Below are positions 46,950-55,154 of a DNA stretch of 64,000 nt, piece by piece; the stretch's first letter is position 1, and each line of letters starts with the position of its first letter. The notes under the pieces are model-generated. The model was not told the origin of the DNA. It saw only the letters and a program-made list of their open reading frames with translations, and did not search any database. The DNA is from Candidatus Avigastranaerophilus sp. (GTDB lineage Bacteria > Muiribacteriota > Ozemobacteria > Ozemobacterales > Ozemobacteraceae), in the NCBI GenBank assembly GCA_045599645.1, contig JAZRWI010000089.1, positions 33,657-97,656 on the forward strand, read 5' to 3'. The position numbers and the translations under genes are program-made.

Positions 46950-47330
46950 CCGATTTTTTAGCCTCGGTTTAAGTAGGTGTGTGGTTTGCCAGCGTAGGTT
47001 TTTGCTTGGCGAAAGTAAGCAGGAAAACCTCCCTTGGTCCCTCCTTGGGAAGGAGGGTTAGAAGTGAAATAGCCGATGAGCAGGGCAAATAACCGATTTT
47101 TTAGCCTCGGTTTAAGTAGGTGTGTGGTTTGCCAGCGTAGTTTTTTTGCTTGGCGAAAGTTAGCAGGAAAACCTCCCTTGGTCCCTCCTTGGGAAGGAGG
47201 GTTAGAAGAGAAATAGCCGATGAGCAGGGCAAATAACCGATTTTTTAGCCTCGGTTTAAGTAAGTGTGTGGTTTGCCAGCGTAGGTTTTTGCTTGGCGAA
47301 AGTAAGCAGGAAAACCTCCCTTGGTCCCTC
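46935..47330. repeat. 143/144-bp tandem repeat x3 (third copy truncated), each with a GC-rich palindrome
   Basis: Units start at 46935, 47078 and 47222 (GAGCAGGGCAAATAACCGATTTTTTAGCCTCGG..). Each contains CCCTCCTT-GGG-AAGGAGGG. The first unit supplies the last codons and the stop of the glycosyltransferase gene. Track ORFs 46958..47365(-) and 47220..47429(+) are artefacts. Confidence 0.92.
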
Positions 47331-47629
47331 TGGGAGAGGCTGTCTGAAAACTCGATTTTATGCATTCAAAACAAATTCCTTCTAAAATCAAAACCCTCCC
47401 TACCCTCCCTTAAAAAGGGAGGTTTTTAGGAATCTACTGTATATCGGGATTTTTACAAATTTCTAGTTTTGGGACAGCCTCTGGGAAGGAGGGTTAGAAG
47501 CACAGATTTTAATCTGCAGACCTTTGCATAGCTGAGAATAGCTTAGAGTAAGACAGAAACAATCTAATACCGAGGCCCAAAAATCGGCCTGCTTGTCTTG
47601 ATATCTGCCTTTATCCTGTTATCCGTTGC

Positions 47630-49021
47630 TTACTTTTTCTTCTTGCGGAGGCGGACGCGGATGGCCTGGGAGGCGGCGTTGTCATCGAGGCCGGTGATAG
47701 TCTTGGTTTCGTAGAGAACATCAAGGCCTACAGCAAGGTTAGCCATGGTTTCTTCTGTTAATGCTGAGAATGGGAAGAAAACATCGTTTCCGTCAGCACC
47801 CTTTATGAGGCCAAGTTTCTTCTTTTCGTCGAACTTGGTTATTTTGCCAGGCATAACTTCTGCTTCTGTTGGAGTGCCAATTTTTTCCACATCTACAGCA
47901 ACAGGACTCATTTTGTCTTTTACAATGCCGAATCTGACTGCATCGCCTTTTTTGAGGTCTGCTTCCTTTTCATTTTTGATGGCAGTGTAATGCAGAAGAA
48001 CTTCCGGATATTGTTCGCAGGTAACAACACCTAGACCGGATTCCTTGTTATACCATTTTACAGTGCCTTCAGCGTAAGCGTCCGGACTTGGGTCATAGGT
48101 CATTTCTTCAACTGTCTGGCCAATTTCCTTGCGGACAGCTTCTATCTGGGTAATAAGCTGTCTTACTTCAGGCTGGTTCGGGTCGATCTTCAAGCTGTCG
48201 TGGAAGGTCTGGACAGCCATGCCGAGAAGGCGTTTCTTGAAATAAACGAGGCCTAATTCCATGAGAGATGGAGCGTTGCCTGGTTTAATGCGCAGAGCTT
48301 CGATAAGATGGCTTTCTGCTTCGCCCAGCATATCCATTTCGGACATGATTCCACCGGCTTCTCTGTGGAAGGCTGCATTGTATGGATATCTCTTGAGAAG
48401 CTGCTGATATGTATCGAGAGCTTCTTCGAAGAATTTCATGTGACGGTATATGTCACCGAGCTGTTCCATAGCTTCAGCGTTCTTGGGGTCAACCTTAAGT
48501 AGTTCCTTGAATTCTTCGGCAGCTTTTGTGTAGTTTTCTTCAGCGTTTTCTTCTTCATGTAGAAGTCCGTATATGTCGCCAAGATAACGATGGAAGAAGC
48601 CTTGACGCTGGCCTGTTTCCAAACCCTGCTTGTAATATCTGAGGGATGCTTTCAGGTCACCTTTTAGTCTGCAGACAAGACCCATGGTTTCATAGTAGTC
48701 CGGTTCACCGGGGTTCTGGTTCATGCACCAGTTCAGCTTTTCTTCTGCGCCTTCGAGATCACGGTTTTCCAAATCATAAACCGCTTCCTGATACTGTTCG
48801 TTGACCAGTTCAAGAAATTCGCCTAATTCCATGTCATAGGTTTCTCTTTGGTCTTCGTCTGATAAAATGTCTAAAACCTGTTTAAGCTGTTTTAGTTTGG
48901 GGATGTTTGCCAGTGGTGAATCCGAAGAGAATAATTCGTTGTATTTCTTTCTGTAGGCAGCAGAGACTTCGTCAAAGGTTGCGAAGTTGGGAACGCCCAT
49001 AAGCTGATAGTAGTTTAGCAT
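47630..49021 (-). CDS. J-like domain / TPR repeat / tandem cold-shock-domain fusion protein
   Basis: 463 aa. The N-terminal J-domain-like helices (NYYQLMGV..FDEVSAAYRKKY) have no HPD tripeptide. TPR repeats fill the centre. Two CSD-like modules sit at the C-terminus (GTVKWYNKESGLGVV and GKITKFDEKKKLGLI). Confidence 0.85.
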   Translation of the reverse strand: MLNYYQLMGVPNFATFDEVSAAYRKKYNELFSSDSPLANIPKLKQLKQVLDILSDEDQRETYDMELGEFLELVNEQYQEAVYDLENRDLEGAEEKLNWCMNQNPGEPDYYETMGLVCRLKGDLKASLRYYKQGLETGQRQGFFHRYLGDIYGLLHEEENAEENYTKAAEEFKELLKVDPKNAEAMEQLGDIYRHMKFFEEALDTYQQLLKRYPYNAAFHREAGGIMSEMDMLGEAESHLIEALRIKPGNAPSLMELGLVYFKKRLLGMAVQTFHDSLKIDPNQPEVRQLITQIEAVRKEIGQTVEEMTYDPSPDAYAEGTVKWYNKESGLGVVTCEQYPEVLLHYTAIKNEKEADLKKGDAVRFGIVKDKMSPVAVDVEKIGTPTEAEVMPGKITKFDEKKKLGLIKGADGNDVFFPFSALTEETMANLAVGLDVLYETKTITGLDDNAASQAIRVRLRKKKK

Positions 49022-49158
49022 GAGTTATAAATTGTCCTGCGAAAAGTTTTGTAAAGGTATTATAACATTTTGCACTGTATTGTACAATTTTTAAATTTAG
49101 GGTATGATGTTACGGTGTTTCTACTGTTTTTTTATGACTTTCTATAGCGGAGCTATCT

Positions 49159-50382
49159 GTGAATAAACTTAGATTAACTACTGTATTATTGCTGTTAGTG
49201 CTTGTGGCATCAGGTGTTTATGCCCAGCATAATAAATATTACTTCTATCATTTTGGTGGTCGTGCTGTGCTTTCACGCACGCAAGGCTCTACATGGCTTG
49301 CTCTTCAGCCTGGTCAGCCAATGGAATTGCATCCTGGCGACATAATAAATGTCGAAGGCGATGGCCGTGGTGAAATCAATTTCCCTGATGGCACCTCTGT
49401 AAGAATGAAAAATAATGCTATGGTCACACTGGACCGCTACGGCATCAACCTGAGGATGGGCTATGTCTGGCTTAATGTCAGACGCAGCGCTGATATGTTC
49501 AAGGTTATCACTCCGAAGGGCTCCTGCAGCGTATTGGGAACTTCCTTTGATGTTGATGTTGATAAGTATGGGAAAGCGCGTGTAAGAGTTTTTCAGGGTA
49601 TCGTTGCTGTGAGAGCCTCTGATGATAAGCGTAATAAGCAGCTTGTTCTTCAGGCAGGCATGCATACCTTGCTTGGCGATTCAACTAAGGTTGCTGATAA
49701 GCCTGATAAGTTCCAGCATCAGAGCATAGAAGCAGCTTTACACAGTGAATGGGAACAGAAGAATGTTTATACAGGCATTACCCAGATGAGACCCGGCAAC
49801 ACCTCTGCTGCAGAAGAATACGCTGCTAAGCACAACGAAGACGCTAATATTCCCTCTGCTCCTGTTGTTACTTCTGATGGTTTCCTTCCGTTAATCCGCA
49901 AGGATGACAAGATTGAAATGGAATTCAAGCCTATTGAAAAGATTCTTGAAAATGAACCGGGCACTGAAAGCGAAGAAGGAAAAATCAAGATAATGGCGCG
50001 TCAGCGCTCTGAATTTGCAGAAATGCTCAGACAGCAGCAACTGGAACGTGACTCTGTAATAGGTTTCAGTATTCCTGAAAAGAAGGACATGATGAAGGAT
50101 GGTCATGCTCTTTCCTTTGGCGAATCAAGCAGAACCTCTGAAAATATTACTGATTACGCTTCTTTGGAACGTGAATATTCTTTGTTGAGAAACAGATTGC
50201 TCAGGGTTCAGAGCCAGATCAGGCAAAAAGAAATGGAAATCGGGGCACTTTGTTCCAAGAATGACCCTTCAACAGGTAATAAACTTAAGATTAGAAATGC
50301 ACAGAACAGTCTGATGGAACTGCGTTCTGAAAGCCGCATTGTAACTGCTAAGCTTCGTGAGTTACAACACAAAAAGAAGTGA
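49159..50382 (+). CDS. Secreted FecR-domain protein with C-terminal coiled coil
   Basis: 407 aa with a GTG start, a GGAG RBS and a signal peptide. The FecR-like beta-sandwich pattern is present (GDIINVEGDGRGEINFPDGTSVRMKNNAMV .. FKVITPKGSCSVLGTSFDV .. VRVFQGIVAV). Confidence 0.8.
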   Translation: MNKLRLTTVLLLLVLVASGVYAQHNKYYFYHFGGRAVLSRTQGSTWLALQPGQPMELHPGDIINVEGDGRGEINFPDGTSVRMKNNAMVTLDRYGINLRMGYVWLNVRRSADMFKVITPKGSCSVLGTSFDVDVDKYGKARVRVFQGIVAVRASDDKRNKQLVLQAGMHTLLGDSTKVADKPDKFQHQSIEAALHSEWEQKNVYTGITQMRPGNTSAAEEYAAKHNEDANIPSAPVVTSDGFLPLIRKDDKIEMEFKPIEKILENEPGTESEEGKIKIMARQRSEFAEMLRQQQLERDSVIGFSIPEKKDMMKDGHALSFGESSRTSENITDYASLEREYSLLRNRLLRVQSQIRQKEMEIGALCSKNDPSTGNKLKIRNAQNSLMELRSESRIVTAKLRELQHKKK

Positions 50383-50408
50383 TAATGCAACTTTTTTACT
50401 AAAAACCG

Positions 50409-50437
50409 TTGACAAGTTTTGATTCTATCGTTATGAT
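50409..50437 (+). promoter_or_regulatory. Putative sigma70 promoter of the HU gene
   Basis: TTGACA (50409-50414), a 17-nt spacer, then TATGAT (50432-50437), 47 nt upstream of the start codon. Confidence 0.55.
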
Positions 50438-50484
50438 TCAAATTGTTGAGTCCTATAAATTACTTCAAAAGGGAGAAATCTTAA

Positions 50485-50769
50485 GTGAAAAAGATCGAAT
50501 TGGTTCGCGAAATCGCTAAAACTGCTGAAATGACTCAGGCTCAGGCTGCTAAGGCTCTTGATGCAACTCTTGCTATTATTAAGGCTGCTCTTAAGAACAA
50601 AGATGACGTTCGCCTTGTTGGCTTTGGTTCTTTCAAGGTTAACACCAGAAAAGCTCGCACTGGCATCAACCCACAGACCAAAAAGTCTATCAAGATTCCT
50701 GCTTGCAATGTAGCTAAGTTCGTTCCAGGCAAAGAACTTCGCGAAATGGTAAATTCTAAGAAGAAATAA
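50485..50769 (+). CDS. hup: HU-family DNA-binding protein
   Basis: 94 aa with a GTG start after a GGGAGA RBS. The family pattern is present: ..GFGSFKVNTRKARTGINPQTKKSIKIPA..VAKFVPGKELRE. Confidence 0.93.
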   Translation: MKKIELVREIAKTAEMTQAQAAKALDATLAIIKAALKNKDDVRLVGFGSFKVNTRKARTGINPQTKKSIKIPACNVAKFVPGKELREMVNSKKK

Positions 50770-50782
50770 TCTTTGAATAAAA

Positions 50783-50818
50783 AAGGTCGCTTCAAAATCT
50801 TTGGAGCGGCCTTTTTTA
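50783..50818 (+). terminator. Rho-independent terminator after hup
   Basis: GGTCGCTTCAAA-atc-TTTGGAGCGGCC forms a stem with two non-Watson-Crick positions (a G-U wobble and an A-C mismatch) and is followed by TTTTTT. Confidence 0.7.
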
Positions 50819-50873
50819 TTTGCTTAAAATATTGCTTGTAAAGTACCTCTATTTTGGTTAAACTTTTAGCATT

Positions 50874-52544
50874 ATGAGTATACCAAAGAAACGCTTAGGC
50901 GATATCCTAATAGATTGCAATCTTATTACTGAAGATCAGCTGAAGGAAGCTTTGACCTTTCAGAAGGAGAACGGGCTGAAGCTCGGTGAAGCTCTTTCCC
51001 AGATGGGTCTTGTTACAGAAGACGATATTATTTGGGCCTTAGGTAACCAGTTGAATATTTCATTTATTCATCTCAGCCCCGATATCGTAAATCCTGAAGT
51101 TACAAAGCTTATAGCATCTGATTTTGCTCGCGATTACAGACTTATGCCTCTCTATAAAGCAGGCAACGAAATCAGTGTCTGTATGGTTGACCCACTTGAT
51201 TCAAGACCAATAGAATATCTTGAAGGCAAATTCGGCGCTATAGTTTCAATTTCTATTTGTACTGCTTTTGACTTTGAGCAGACCTTTAATGCTGTTTACG
51301 GCCCATTAGATGTAAATAATGCCAGTGGTGTTGACACAACATCACCTTCAGAAGCCGAAACAAAACAGATGGAACAGGGCATTCCACGTGGTATGGAAGG
51401 CTCTGAAAAGATTATTAACTATATTCTCGGCCAGGCTATCATCAACAACGTTGACCGCATCCATTTCGAACCTTCTGATAAGGGTGTTTTGATACGTTTC
51501 AGATCCAACAATGTTTTGAACCGCAAGATTGAAATACCTGTTAAGGTTCATCATGATGTCATAACCAGACTTAAGAAGCTTTCCCAGCTTTCTGACAGTG
51601 ATATGGAACGTGAAGGCGGCGTAATTGTAGGCCACTTCAAGGTTAATGTTTCTGACAGACAGATTAATATTCAGTCTATTTTCTACCCGACAGTAAACGG
51701 GGAAATGGTTATCCTGCACCTGAGCGACCTTGCTTCTTTGGTAGAACAGATTGCACGCACTGGTAAGGAAGCAATCGGCCGTATTCTCAATGCCGTTCAG
51801 ACTACTCATGGTATACTCTATGTCAGCGGTCCTAGAGAATCCGGTAGAACAACTACTCAATACTGTATTATCAGCAGCTATGATTCAGAAAAGCATAAGC
51901 TGGTTACTATTGAAGATCCGGTTATTTCTACTCTTCCGAATATTACTCAGCTTCAGGTTGGTTCTGGCGATATAAAGACAGCATTAGAAGGCTTGAAATT
52001 GTCTTTGATGCTTGATGCCGATGTTGTCTACGTTGATAAGACAGACAGCAAGGAATTGCTTGAGGAAATGTGCTATGCCGCTCTTGGTGGCAAGACTGTT
52101 CTTACCGGCCTTTTGGCTTATGATGCTGCCAGCAGTATTATAAAGCTTTTGGATACCGGTGTAGACCCTGTTCTTATCGTATCCTCACTTTGCGGCTTCG
52201 TAAATCAGCGTCTGATTCGTATGTTGTGTCCAAATTGTAAGCAGGAAGCAGAAGTTCCTGAAGAATTAAAGGAATATATCGAATTAGACGAAGATAAAAA
52301 CAAGAAGATTTATAAAGCCTGTGGCTGTGATGTTTGTAAACAGACTGGTTACGTAGGTAAAATGCTTGTTACAGAATTCATCCCGTCTACATCAAGATTG
52401 AGACAGATGATTATGAATAAGCAGTCATACCTCGACTTCTCTAACTTTGCTCGTAAGCAGGGTATCAAGAGTATTGAAAAAGAAGCTCTCGACCTTGTTT
52501 TGAAGGGAATTACTTCCGCAGACGAATTTATGAGGCTTTTCTAA
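50874..52544 (+). CDS. GspE/PilB-family protein with N-terminal MshEN-type domain and degenerate ATPase motifs
   Basis: 556 aa. The N-terminus has tandem RLGDILIDCNLITEDQLKEALTFQ and KLGEALSQMGLVTEDDIIWALGNQ motifs. The Asp box VTIEDPV and the tetra-Cys cluster (CPNC..CDVC) are retained. Walker A reads GPRESGRTT, the Walker B region reads LDADVVYVDKTDS, and the His box reads GKTVLTGLLAYD. Confidence 0.85.
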   Translation: MSIPKKRLGDILIDCNLITEDQLKEALTFQKENGLKLGEALSQMGLVTEDDIIWALGNQLNISFIHLSPDIVNPEVTKLIASDFARDYRLMPLYKAGNEISVCMVDPLDSRPIEYLEGKFGAIVSISICTAFDFEQTFNAVYGPLDVNNASGVDTTSPSEAETKQMEQGIPRGMEGSEKIINYILGQAIINNVDRIHFEPSDKGVLIRFRSNNVLNRKIEIPVKVHHDVITRLKKLSQLSDSDMEREGGVIVGHFKVNVSDRQINIQSIFYPTVNGEMVILHLSDLASLVEQIARTGKEAIGRILNAVQTTHGILYVSGPRESGRTTTQYCIISSYDSEKHKLVTIEDPVISTLPNITQLQVGSGDIKTALEGLKLSLMLDADVVYVDKTDSKELLEEMCYAALGGKTVLTGLLAYDAASSIIKLLDTGVDPVLIVSSLCGFVNQRLIRMLCPNCKQEAEVPEELKEYIELDEDKNKKIYKACGCDVCKQTGYVGKMLVTEFIPSTSRLRQMIMNKQSYLDFSNFARKQGIKSIEKEALDLVLKGITSADEFMRLF

Positions 52545-52547
52545 TTT

Positions 52548-53975
52548 ATGGGTGATAATTTTTTCGGAAAATTATTTGGCGGAGATGACAAAAATAAACC
52601 AGCAGGCACTGGGAACGCCCCAAGGCCGACTCCTCCTGCTACAATGCCTCCGAGACCGATAAATCCAGCTATTGCTAATTATCAGCCTCCTAAGCCTCCG
52701 ACACCATCGGCTCCACCACCTCCACGTCCGATGGGAGGTGCTCCGGCGCCTCGTCCAATGCCGCAACGTCCTGCACCACCTCGTCCACCATTGAATACTG
52801 ATGTAATGGGTGGTATGGGAGGAATGGGCGGCGATGCTTTTGCTTCACCTCCATTGCCACCAAAGCCTGCAGAACCTATCAGCAGCGGTAAATCTGACAT
52901 TCAGGAAGGCGAACTCACTATTGACGATCTTCTGAAGATGATTGTTGATAAGGCCGGGTCAGACCTTCATCTTACAGTTGGTTCACCGCCTATGCTGAGA
53001 CTTCAGGGTAAGCTTTGGCCAACTGATTTGCCAGAACTGACTCCGAAGGAAATCCGCCGTCTTGTTTACAATTTCTTGTCAAACGACCAGCGCGAAAAGC
53101 TCGAAAAAGACCTGGAACTGGATATTTCCTACGAATTAAAGGGAGTGGCCCGTTACCGCTGTAACGTCTTTTTTACAAGACTGGGTATGGGAGCTGTATT
53201 CCGTGTTATTCCAACACGTATCAAGACTCTTGCAGAATTGAGACTGCCACCTGTTCTTGGTGATCTGGCCCGCCGCACAAAGGGTTTGATTCTTGTTACC
53301 GGACCTACTGGTTCAGGTAAGTCAACAACTCTTGCAGCAATGGTTGACCAGGTTAACAGTGAACGACAGGACCACATTCTCACTATTGAAGACCCAATAG
53401 AATTTGTTCACAAGCATAAGCAATGCATTGTAAACCAGCGTGAAATCGGTCCTAATACCAAATCCTTCGCCAATGCGCTGCGCTCAGCACTCCGTGAAGA
53501 CCCTGACATTATTCTGGTCGGCGAAATGCGTGACTATGAAACTATTTCTCTCGCAGTAACTGCAGCAGAAACAGGTCACTTGGTATTTGCAACCTTGCAT
53601 ACTCCATCAGCTGCACAGTCTGTTGACCGTATTGTCGACGTTTTCCCTGCACACCAGCAGGATCAGATTAGAACTCAGTTGGCAGACGCGTTACAGGGAA
53701 TTATTGCCCAGCAGCTTATTCCTACTATTGATGGCCAGCGCCGTGAATGTGCTCTCGAAATCATGATTAACACTCCGGCTGTTGCAAACCTTATTCGCGA
53801 TAACAAGACATTCCAGTTGCCGTCTATCATGCAGACCAGCAAACAATCTGGTATGCAGACCATGGACCAGTCACTGATGGACCTTGTAAAATCACGAAAG
53901 ATAAGCCCTCAGGAAGCCTATCGAAGAGCCTTTGACAAGAAAGCCTTCGAACAATACAAACCTAGAGACTACTAA
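52548..53975 (+). CDS. pilT: PilT-type retraction ATPase with about 125-aa proline-rich N-terminal extension
   Basis: 475 aa. The catalytic motifs are intact: GPTGSGKSTT, ILTIEDPIEF, DPDIILVGEMRD and GHLVFATLHT. The PilT-specific AIRNLIRE-like motif reads AVANLIRD. The start is 4 nt after the upstream stop. Confidence 0.9.
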   Translation: MGDNFFGKLFGGDDKNKPAGTGNAPRPTPPATMPPRPINPAIANYQPPKPPTPSAPPPPRPMGGAPAPRPMPQRPAPPRPPLNTDVMGGMGGMGGDAFASPPLPPKPAEPISSGKSDIQEGELTIDDLLKMIVDKAGSDLHLTVGSPPMLRLQGKLWPTDLPELTPKEIRRLVYNFLSNDQREKLEKDLELDISYELKGVARYRCNVFFTRLGMGAVFRVIPTRIKTLAELRLPPVLGDLARRTKGLILVTGPTGSGKSTTLAAMVDQVNSERQDHILTIEDPIEFVHKHKQCIVNQREIGPNTKSFANALRSALREDPDIILVGEMRDYETISLAVTAAETGHLVFATLHTPSAAQSVDRIVDVFPAHQQDQIRTQLADALQGIIAQQLIPTIDGQRRECALEIMINTPAVANLIRDNKTFQLPSIMQTSKQSGMQTMDQSLMDLVKSRKISPQEAYRRAFDKKAFEQYKPRDY

Positions 53976-53978
53976 CAC

Positions 53979-54010
53979 GAAAGCCCGTTTTAAACGGGCT
54001 TTCTTAATTA
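53979..54010 (+). terminator. Rho-independent terminator after pilT
   Basis: GAAAGCCCGTTT / AAACGGGCTTTC forms a stem followed by a T-rich tail. Confidence 0.75.
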
Positions 54011-54031
54011 TTACTGAAAGAAAAACTGTTT

Positions 54032-54574
54032 ATGTTATTGGAATTTGATGATTTATTACTTTACACTTTAAATGCTGAGGAGTTGTCTCTCTGGATAAAT
54101 GATTTACCTGAATTGGAAAAGAAGCTTAACGGTCAATACTGTGCAGAACCAATGGAAGGTATATTCAGAGAGGTTGTTCAGTCGCAGCTTATTCTTGCTA
54201 TGGCTGATACTGCAGAAAACTGGCTGTGGTATACATTCTGGTTTTTAATAAGAAAGTCAGATCGTAAAATAATCGGTTCTCTTGTTTTTAAGGGAAAACC
54301 AGGTGATAATGCTGGTGATGTTGAGATTGGCTATGGTTTAGGCAAGGAATTCGAACATAAAGGATATATGACAAAGGCTGTAAATGCTTTATGCGATTGG
54401 GCAAAGAAACAGTCAGGTGTAAAGAGAATTATAGCTGAAACAGATCTTGATGGCCTGCCTTCCCAGCGATTGCTGCAAAGATGCGGTTTTTCACTATTTA
54501 AAAAGGATACTGCTTCAACCTGGTGGGAATTAATACCTGATAAAAATATGTTCCACATTACAATTACGCCATAG
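54032..54574 (+). CDS. GNAT-family N-acetyltransferase
   Basis: 180 aa with the acetyl-CoA-binding core pattern (VEIGYGLGKEFEHKGYMTKAVNALCDWA .. QRLLQRCGF). Confidence 0.85.
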   Translation: MLLEFDDLLLYTLNAEELSLWINDLPELEKKLNGQYCAEPMEGIFREVVQSQLILAMADTAENWLWYTFWFLIRKSDRKIIGSLVFKGKPGDNAGDVEIGYGLGKEFEHKGYMTKAVNALCDWAKKQSGVKRIIAETDLDGLPSQRLLQRCGFSLFKKDTASTWWELIPDKNMFHITITP

Positions 54575-54738
54575 CAATTGATTATAACAAAGAAAATATT
54601 TATGGAAAAGGTAATGGTATTTTTATACATTGCCAAGGTTATAAACCATATACTTGGGGTTGTGTCGCAATTCCAGAAGAAGATATGCTGGCTTTAATAA
54701 AAGAAGTGGATAAAGATACAAAGGTTTGCATTTTTTAA
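54544..54738 (+). pseudogene. Start-less C-terminal remnant of a YkuD-type L,D-transpeptidase
   Basis: A 64-codon open frame with no start codon reads ..YNYAIAIDYNKENIYGKGNGIFIHCQGYKPYTWGCVAIPEEDMLALIKEV..CIF*. It contains the H-x(n)-GC catalytic signature of YkuD domains. It overlaps the 3' end of the GNAT gene. Confidence 0.5.
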
Positions 54739-54845
54739 TTTATAACGCGCTATGCATATTAAACCATCAATTAAATAGATGGGTATTGAATAGTTTATTC
54801 TAGTGAGTATATAATTTGTAATATATTAAGCAGGAGAAATAGAAA

Positions 54846-55142
54846 ATGGAAATAGTAAAAACTCAGGATGGAAGTACTCTTAAGGTTGCTATATCAGGCA
54901 GACTTGGGGTAAATACTGTTGGAGAATTAGAAGAAGCATTGAATTCATCTCTTGATGGAATTACCGAACTGGATTTGGACTTAGCAGGCCTTGAATTTTT
55001 GTCTTCTGCTGGTCTTCGCCTTATTCTTTCAACTCAGAAGAGAATGAACAAGCAGGGTTGCATGAAGGTATTTAACGTAAACGATACTGTTATGGAAATA
55101 TTTAGCATGACAGGTTTTACTGATATTCTGACAATTAAGTAA
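54846..55142 (+). CDS. STAS-domain anti-sigma-factor antagonist (SpoIIAA/RsbV-like)
   Basis: 98 aa with the conserved phosphorylatable-serine context DLAGLEFLSSAGLRLIL. Confidence 0.88.
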   Translation: MEIVKTQDGSTLKVAISGRLGVNTVGELEEALNSSLDGITELDLDLAGLEFLSSAGLRLILSTQKRMNKQGCMKVFNVNDTVMEIFSMTGFTDILTIK

Positions 55143-55154
55143 TAGCTGTTTTAT

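Noticed and set aside
46958-47429. ORFs 46958..47365(-) (135 aa with repeated LKPRLKNRLFALLIGYF..) and 47220..47429(+).
   Set aside because: The open frames are created by the 143-bp tandem repeat. The peptide periodicity equals the DNA repeat.
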